DNA from: Candidatus Omnitrophota bacterium | Lineage (GTDB): Bacteria > Omnitrophota > Gorgyraeia > Zapsychrales > Zapsychraceae | Assembly: GCA_018812705.1 (NCBI GenBank) | Contig: JAHJCZ010000028.1 | Coordinates: 11,092 to 75,091, forward strand | DNA length: 64,000 nt | Direction of reading: 5' to 3' | In this document: piece after piece, positions 58,676-64,000 of the stretch | Layout: each line of letters begins with the position of its first letter | How positions within the stretch are numbered: the stretch's first letter is position 1 | The notes under the pieces: model-generated | The model's database searches: none | Seen by the model: the letters and a program-made list of their open reading frames with translations, nothing else | What the model was told of the DNA's origin: nothing | Translations under genes and position numbers: made by a program

Positions 58676-60253
58676 ATGTTAAAAATATTACGAAAAAAAG
58701 GTGTTGCAAAAAAGATCATTTGGTTCATTGCGATAGTAATTATTATTTCTTTTGGTTTTTTCGGAACTGCTAGCTTGTTAAGCAACCAAAGAAATACTGG
58801 CTATGCCGGCAAAATTTTTGGAAAAAAAATATCCTTTGATCAATTTGAAAAAGTTTATGGTCATGTTGCTATTCAAGCGCTAATAAAATATGGAGATAAT
58901 TTTAATAAAATAAGGGAACATCTTGACCTTGAATCTCAAACATGGGACAGATTGATCATGTTACATGAAGCAAAAAAGAGAGGAATAACCATTAAGGACG
59001 AAGAAGTGGTCAAAGCTATCGAAGATTACGATTTCTTTAAAAGAAATGGTGAATTTGACCCTTCCCTATATGACAATATCCTTAGATACGTTCTAAGAGT
59101 AAAAACTAGGGATTTCGAAGAGAGCATTAGAGACACACTTAAATTTAAAAAATTATTCGATAAAGAAACATCTTCTATCTTTCCCTCGGAAGAAGCGATC
59201 TTCCAATTTTACAAAAAGAAGAATGAAAAAGTTCAAATAAGCTACATACTGGTCACATCACAAGATTTTACCAACCAACTATCGATCAATGAGAACGCTG
59301 CCAAAGAATATTACAGTCAAAACAAAACTAAATTCCAAATTCCTTCAACAATAAACGTTGAATTCGTAAAAATGCCCCTCCAAGAACTAGTACCAGAACC
59401 TAATGCAGAATTGTCATCAGAAGAAACTGCGAACAATAATGAAATCTCAAACAAAAATAATGAAATTGCAAAAACAAATAACATAATAAGAGAACAGGCA
59501 AATGTAATTTACTATGAGTCAGTAGACAATCCTGATACTTTCGCAAAAATTGCAAAAGACAACAATTTAGAAATACAAAGGAGCGGGTTTTTTAGCGAAG
59601 AAAAACCAAATCTTAATTTAGGCTGGCCTTATGAATTCTTAAGTATGGTTTTCAACTTAGAGAAAGGTGCGATAAACGAGCCTTTAGAAACGACAAACGC
59701 AATTTACATAACAAAAGTAATTGAGAAAAAAGCATCCTACACTCCCGCGTTTGAGGATGCAAGACAAGCAGTAGCACAAGAGCTAATTAAGATCAAATCA
59801 AAGGAAATTGCTAAACAAAAAGCTGAGGAACATTTAACTGCTATCAAAGAGGAACTTGATAAAACTAAACTAAAAGATTTTACAAAAGCAGCAAAGAACC
59901 TTGGACTTGAGATCAGGCAAACTCCAGTTTTCAATAGAGGGCAATATCTTCCATCTGTAGGGATTTCTATGAATTTTCAAGAAACAGCTTTTCTTTTAGA
60001 TAATGAGAATAAAATCAGTGAAGTTGTTGAAATAGATAATGGCTACTGCATTTTACATCAAGATAGCTATATCCCAATTGACAAAACTAAATTCGAGAAG
60101 GAAAAAGAGGAACTGTCAGAAACTTTAATTAGCAATATTAGAAACCAAGCCTTCAATGACTTTTTAGTAAGATTAAGGCTTGCAGCAAAGCTGGATAACA
60201 ACCTTCAAAGGCTAAGAGAATTAGCCGCTCAGCAGGAACAACAAGCAAGATAA
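58676..60253 (+). CDS. Membrane-anchored periplasmic chaperone, SurA-N/PpiD-like
   Basis: N-terminal anchor (MLKILRK..IIWFIAIVIIISF), SurA-N pattern (GITIKDEEV, FKRNGEFD) and degenerate parvulin regions (FAKIAK, ISEVVE..GYCIL). Confidence 0.85.
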   Translation: MLKILRKKGVAKKIIWFIAIVIIISFGFFGTASLLSNQRNTGYAGKIFGKKISFDQFEKVYGHVAIQALIKYGDNFNKIREHLDLESQTWDRLIMLHEAKKRGITIKDEEVVKAIEDYDFFKRNGEFDPSLYDNILRYVLRVKTRDFEESIRDTLKFKKLFDKETSSIFPSEEAIFQFYKKKNEKVQISYILVTSQDFTNQLSINENAAKEYYSQNKTKFQIPSTINVEFVKMPLQELVPEPNAELSSEETANNNEISNKNNEIAKTNNIIREQANVIYYESVDNPDTFAKIAKDNNLEIQRSGFFSEEKPNLNLGWPYEFLSMVFNLEKGAINEPLETTNAIYITKVIEKKASYTPAFEDARQAVAQELIKIKSKEIAKQKAEEHLTAIKEELDKTKLKDFTKAAKNLGLEIRQTPVFNRGQYLPSVGISMNFQETAFLLDNENKISEVVEIDNGYCILHQDSYIPIDKTKFEKEKEELSETLISNIRNQAFNDFLVRLRLAAKLDNNLQRLRELAAQQEQQAR

Positions 60254-60272
60254 AATTCTGGGTTAAGCTTTG

Positions 60273-60794
60273 TTACTTTTTATATTTGCTTCCTCGCGCG
60301 AAGAAAGATCCATAATCATCAGGAATAAAATGCTCAGTAGCCTTAACAGTACCTGCCGAATCAATAAAATAGAACGTGGGTATCCCTACAACCTGATATT
60401 TTCTGCCAACTGACCCTTCATCATCAAAAAAAACATCAAACTCTACACTATTATTGTTAAGAAAAGCTTTGACCACTGTTTCTGTTTCGCCCTCATTGAC
60501 TAGAATAATCTTTATGTTCGTTCTTTCAAACTCTGCTTTCTTATTTGATAACGCCATTAACTGTGAACGGCAATGAGGGCACCATGTCGTCCAGAAAAAT
60601 ATAATTGCATTATTGCCATCTCTAAATTTGTCAAAGCTTTTCAATGAACCATCAAGAGTAGACAATTCAAAATCAGGAGCAGGATTACCGACCAAAGAAA
60701 CCTGTCCCCACCTTAATTGGCTACTTGCAGATGCAGGATATAACATTGCTAATAATATAATTAGTGATAAGCTTGCCTTTATAAACATTTTCAT
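60273..60794 (-). CDS. TlpA/ResA-like thiol:disulfide oxidoreductase, exported
   Basis: APDFEL, FWTTWCPHC and GIPT motifs; signal peptide from ATG 60794. Confidence 0.9.
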   Translation of the reverse strand: MKMFIKASLSLIILLAMLYPASASSQLRWGQVSLVGNPAPDFELSTLDGSLKSFDKFRDGNNAIIFFWTTWCPHCRSQLMALSNKKAEFERTNIKIILVNEGETETVVKAFLNNNSVEFDVFFDDEGSVGRKYQVVGIPTFYFIDSAGTVKATEHFIPDDYGSFFARGSKYKK

Positions 60795-60869
60795 GCTTTT
60801 CTTTTCCTTTTCTTTTAAAGAATTCTTGCCTTTAGAGCCATATTGAGTTTTAAAATACAAATTTGAACA

Positions 60870-61178
60870 TTATATAACTTCTTCGATCCAATCTAAGTAA
60901 TCCTGATCACTATAAATTATCGGCAAAGCAATAATCTCTGGAATATCATAACTATGTATATTTTTGACTTCGATGGTTAGATCTTTAAGATGCTCTTCTT
61001 TAGTTTTAAGGATCAGCAGAACTTCTTTTTCGTTAGCAACCTTTCCTTTCCAAGAAAAGAACGAATCAACATCTTTAACAATATTAGAACAAGCAATCAG
61101 GTTTTGTTCAAGCAATTTCCTGCTAATTGCAGACGCTTCATCAAAATCCTTTGCAGTAACAAGAACAACACAATACAT
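60870..61178 (-). CDS. cutA: Divalent-cation tolerance protein CutA
   Basis: LIACSNI, SFFSWKG and HSYDIPEIIALP motifs. Confidence 0.95.
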   Translation of the reverse strand: MYCVVLVTAKDFDEASAISRKLLEQNLIACSNIVKDVDSFFSWKGKVANEKEVLLILKTKEEHLKDLTIEVKNIHSYDIPEIIALPIIYSDQDYLDWIEEVI

Positions 61179-61179
61179 A

Positions 61180-61932
61180 CTATTCCCCTTTTATCATCAT
61201 TATTGATAAATTCCTGCCTGCCAGAGCACCTTCTCTTCTGTATGAAAAATATCTCTCATCACAGCACGTACAAATACCACAATCAAATAAGTTTTTCCCC
61301 TGAGGGAACAATCCTTCTAGCTGATGAATATTTTCCTTAACTAGATCAAACCAATAGCGCCCATCTCTTTCAAAAACGCTATTATCAAATCTTTCCTTGA
61401 ATTCAAGACCTACTTCATAACAGCAGCTTCTAATCGCAGGGCCAAAAACTATTCTTATGTTATCAGGCTCGCTGCTGTACTCATCACATGTCAAGACAAC
61501 TGCCTTTTTAACTATTCCTAAATGCGTAGAACGCCAACCGGCATGAACCAAGCCAACAACCTTGAACTTTTCATCAAATAAAAAAACCGGAACACAGTCA
61601 GCAGTGCGGATCAGAATTGGCAGATCAACAAAATCAGTGATTATTCCGTCTGCTGCCTTCAAGCGGTCTTGAGAAATGTTTTTCTTTACTAACTCGCTTT
61701 TAAATACATCCTTCTTGATCAAAACAATTTCATTTCCGTGAACTTGCTTAATATTCTGGCATTCTTTAATTTTGTTATTTCGTTCTTCTTCTGCATATGA
61801 TCTCAAAAACCGTTCCTGCTCTTCATTAAAGACACTGCCACCATCAGGAAAAGAATAATCTAATGTTCTATCGAAAGTATCCGCCAATATCCAAGACGGA
61901 AAGTAAGATCCCAGCTCTCTACTGCTCTTCAT
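61180..61932 (-). CDS. pgeF: Peptidoglycan editing factor PgeF (YfiH family)
   Basis: QVHG, TADCVP, HAGWR, GPAI..CCYEV and YFSYRR motifs. Confidence 0.93.
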   Translation of the reverse strand: MKSSRELGSYFPSWILADTFDRTLDYSFPDGGSVFNEEQERFLRSYAEEERNNKIKECQNIKQVHGNEIVLIKKDVFKSELVKKNISQDRLKAADGIITDFVDLPILIRTADCVPVFLFDEKFKVVGLVHAGWRSTHLGIVKKAVVLTCDEYSSEPDNIRIVFGPAIRSCCYEVGLEFKERFDNSVFERDGRYWFDLVKENIHQLEGLFPQGKNLFDCGICTCCDERYFSYRREGALAGRNLSIMMIKGE

Positions 61933-63040
61933 CTAACTCGTCTTCCGACTGTGCGGTAACCATCTTGTTTCCCGTTTTAAAATCCTCAATATGCCTGATC
62001 TTCGTATCTAATCTTTCAAAATCTTTATTCTTCACATCTCTATACTTATCTAAAGAATCTTCTATCGACTTTCCAACTTTCTCAAAGCTCAATTTAAAAC
62101 TGTCATAATATTTTGAAAACAATTCAATGTGCTTAATGATCTTTTTCAAATTCTTCTCGAACTTAAAATTATCATAAGCTTGCCTTATAACACTAAGCAT
62201 CGCATAAAGTGTAAATGGAGAACATAGAACCACTTTCTTCTTAAGAGAGCTATCCATCAGGTCAGGCGCCATTTCCTGTATCATTCCATAAACCTGTTCA
62301 TTTGGAATGAAAAGAAGGACAAAGTCCAAAGTGTTTGAACCAGGATCAATATAATCCCTGCTTTGGATCTCTTTGATCCGCTCGTTCACATTCTTAATAA
62401 ACTCTTTCTTATAGCTTTCCTTTTCTAGAGCATTATCCGCATTGACAATCTTTAAATAATTATCCAGAGGAAATTTAACATCCATGTTCACAATATGTTC
62501 ATCAGGAAGAAGGAATGTGTAATCTGGCTTTGTAGAACTTGCACCTAATTGTTTTTGCTTCTTATAATTAACACCTTCTATCAGACCCAAATTAATAATA
62601 ATATCTTCAGCCATTCTTTCGCCCCACTGTCCGCGCAATTTCACATTTCCTAAGACATCATTAAGGCGGTTCGTCGTTTTCTGTAATTCATTTGTTGCAA
62701 GTGAAGCGTTTTTAAGCTCGTTTTCTAAGTTGCCATATTTTTGAGTCCTATCTTTTTCAAATTCTCTGACTAACTGGGAATACTTATCTAATTGATCAGT
62801 TAAACCTTTAACAGACCCCTCGACAGCTTCTTTCCTTGTCTCAAATTCTTTAACCGCATTGCCCTGTTCAATTTCAAATTGCTGACGCGCCAATTTCAGA
62901 AATTGATCCTGACTTACAGTTATTTCATCTCTTATTTGCTTTCGCAAAAATCCTAACATTGCAAAAAATGCCGCAAACATAAATCCAGTAAAAACCACTC
63001 CTAAAGAAATTGAAACGATTACCATATTCATAAAATGCAC
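61919..63040 (-). CDS. rmuC: DNA recombination protein RmuC
   Basis: N-terminal TM and coiled coil; RGQWGE, KPD, DVKFP and FIPNE motifs. Confidence 0.94.
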   Translation of the reverse strand: MHFMNMVIVSISLGVVFTGFMFAAFFAMLGFLRKQIRDEITVSQDQFLKLARQQFEIEQGNAVKEFETRKEAVEGSVKGLTDQLDKYSQLVREFEKDRTQKYGNLENELKNASLATNELQKTTNRLNDVLGNVKLRGQWGERMAEDIIINLGLIEGVNYKKQKQLGASSTKPDYTFLLPDEHIVNMDVKFPLDNYLKIVNADNALEKESYKKEFIKNVNERIKEIQSRDYIDPGSNTLDFVLLFIPNEQVYGMIQEMAPDLMDSSLKKKVVLCSPFTLYAMLSVIRQAYDNFKFEKNLKKIIKHIELFSKYYDSFKLSFEKVGKSIEDSLDKYRDVKNKDFERLDTKIRHIEDFKTGNKMVTAQSEDELDEEQ

Positions 63041-63072
63041 CTATCCTAAAATAACTATTTTTCTATAAAAAA

Positions 63073-63741
63073 CTAATTCAATTTTTCAAAACCATTCAAT
63101 CCGATCAAAGGACATTTTTCACATTGAGGTTTTACCCTGCAATGTTCCTTTGCCAGCTTGACAATTAATGCATGATACTCATTAAAGACTTTCCCGTTTC
63201 GCTCGAGATTATCCATAAAGAACTTTTGAATTACATAGTAATCATCTTCTTGCTTAACAAGGCCATGCCGCGAAAATATCCTTTTCGTATAAGCATCAAC
63301 AACAAATATCGGAACATCTATTGCATAAAGCAGAATTGAATCAGCTGTCTCGGGACCTATTCCATTTACTCTTAACAATTTCTCTCTCAGGATATCAGGT
63401 TTTTCAGAGCCCATCTTCTTTAAGCTTCCCTGATATTCTGATGAAAAAAAACCGATAAAATTCTTAAGCCTTTTTGCTTTTATATTGTAATAACCTGCAG
63501 GCTTTATCAGTAAAGCCAATTTCTCAATTGCAATACTGTCAAGGGCCTTGAATCTCAGCAGGCCTTCAGCCCTTATATTATCCAAAGCCTTTTCTACATT
63601 TACCCAATTTGTATTTTGAGTTAAAATTGCCCCAACGATCACTTCAAACTTTGTCTTTGCCGGCCACCATTTTTGCTTACCATAAACATCAAACAACCTT
63701 TTGTAGATCTGGTTCAGGGCTTTTCTTTTATTCCAATTCAT
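63073..63741 (-). CDS. Endonuclease III-related HhH-GPD protein
   Basis: WWPA, GAILTQNTNW, GIGPETADSI, VVDAYT, HALIV and C-terminal Cys cluster HCRVKPQCEKCP. Confidence 0.92.
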   Translation of the reverse strand: MNWNKRKALNQIYKRLFDVYGKQKWWPAKTKFEVIVGAILTQNTNWVNVEKALDNIRAEGLLRFKALDSIAIEKLALLIKPAGYYNIKAKRLKNFIGFFSSEYQGSLKKMGSEKPDILREKLLRVNGIGPETADSILLYAIDVPIFVVDAYTKRIFSRHGLVKQEDDYYVIQKFFMDNLERNGKVFNEYHALIVKLAKEHCRVKPQCEKCPLIGLNGFEKLN

Positions 63742-63747
63742 TTTAAA

Positions 63748-63888
63748 TTATCGTCGAGGTGTTTTAGAACGTGCTATATCATCAAAGTCCCAGTCCCGCT
63801 CTTTTTTCTTTGGTGCACTGCTACCGCTATCTGGTTCAAAACTCTTTGAATTTAATTTTTGCCTCGGTTTTTTTCCTGACTTTCCCAT
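63748..63888 (-). CDS. Unannotated 46-aa basic small protein
   Basis: Translates as MGKSGKKPRQKLNSKSFEPDSGSSAPKKKERDWDFDDIARSKTPRR. Strong RBS GGAGG 7 nt upstream; stop lies 6 nt before the endonuclease ATG. Confidence 0.7.
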   Translation of the reverse strand: MGKSGKKPRQKLNSKSFEPDSGSSAPKKKERDWDFDDIARSKTPRR

Positions 63889-63924
63889 TTAGAACCTCCA
63901 TTATTGAACATTTTACAATAATTG

Positions 63925-63950
63925 AACCTAAATAAACCTAAATAAACCTA
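63925..63950. repeat. 10-bp tandem repeat (AACCTAAATA)x2.6
   Basis: Sequence reads AACCTAAATA AACCTAAATA AACCTA. Confidence 0.75.
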
Positions 63951-64000
63951 TACACTTTCCGTATCTTCTCTGAAATTTCCCATGTGCAATCCAATCCTTC
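63938..64000 (-). CDS. Possible 3' end of a gene entering from beyond the window
   Basis: Open frame EGLDCTWEISEKIRKVYRFI then TAG at 63938-63940; too short to identify. Confidence 0.4.
   Translation of the reverse strand, partial: EGLDCTWEISEKIRKVYRFI

Noticed and set aside
59435-59466. AATAATGAAAT repeated at 21-bp spacing in the SurA/PpiD-like gene
   Set aside because: It is an in-frame 7-aa microduplication in a low-complexity Asn-rich loop with no sign of separate function.
6472-62108. Many plus-strand ORFs of 60-172 aa (e.g. 15564-16001, 29051-29569, 55262-55756)
   Set aside because: They lie antisense to well-conserved genes, are rich in Ser/Phe/Ile/Pro as expected for reverse-complement codons, and show no recognisable motifs.
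1-64000. CRISPR array, prophage, IS transposase, rRNA, inteins, alternative genetic code
   Set aside because: No spaced direct repeats or phage/transposase motifs were seen. DnaB, ClpC and RadA are normal length, and TAA, TAG and TGA all terminate conserved genes at expected positions.

Overview
This is a gene-dense, AT-rich bacterial core-genome window with almost all genes on the minus strand. The organism is a diderm: bamA, skp, lpxA/C/D/I, lolCD, lptFG and mlaEFD are all present. Gene content and protein style suggest a PVC-associated lineage such as Candidatus Omnitrophota (inference, not proven). In transcription order on the minus strand: small ORF, endonuclease III-like, rmuC, pgeF, cutA, TlpA; hisG, bS22-like small protein, TPR, ispE, spoVG, tRNA-Gln, glmU, prs, rplY, pth, rpsF, ssb, rpsR, rplI, dnaB; bamA, skp, lpxD, lpxC-fabZ, lpxA, lpxI; lysS, ybjN, lolC, lolD, ilvE, mcsA, mcsB, clpC, beta-rich protein, mlaE, mlaF, mlaD, radA, PIN/TRAM, ispD, ispF, cysE, cysS, tmk, holB, PSP1, metG, mtnA, thiL, tsaE, tsaB (split), alr, TPR; then pyrE, maf, M48, hflX, SGNH, MORN; and CIRCE-hrcA-grpE-dnaK (truncated). 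Only comF-lptF-lptG-small ORF and a SurA/PpiD-like gene are on the plus strand. I found no CRISPR array, prophage, transposase, rRNA or defence island, and I cannot claim a clear-cut new multi-gene system. The best leads are: (1) a family of intergenic palindromes, two of them exactly 58 bp with conserved ends and covarying stems; (2) an archaeal (Thermoplasmatales)-like DnaK lacking the diderm insert, under HrcA/CIRCE control; (3) a minimal MlaEFD coupled to an unknown beta-rich protein ending in Phe; (4) unannotated small proteins; (5) a membrane-anchored CysE; (6) two homopolymer frameshifts (tsaB, ilvE).
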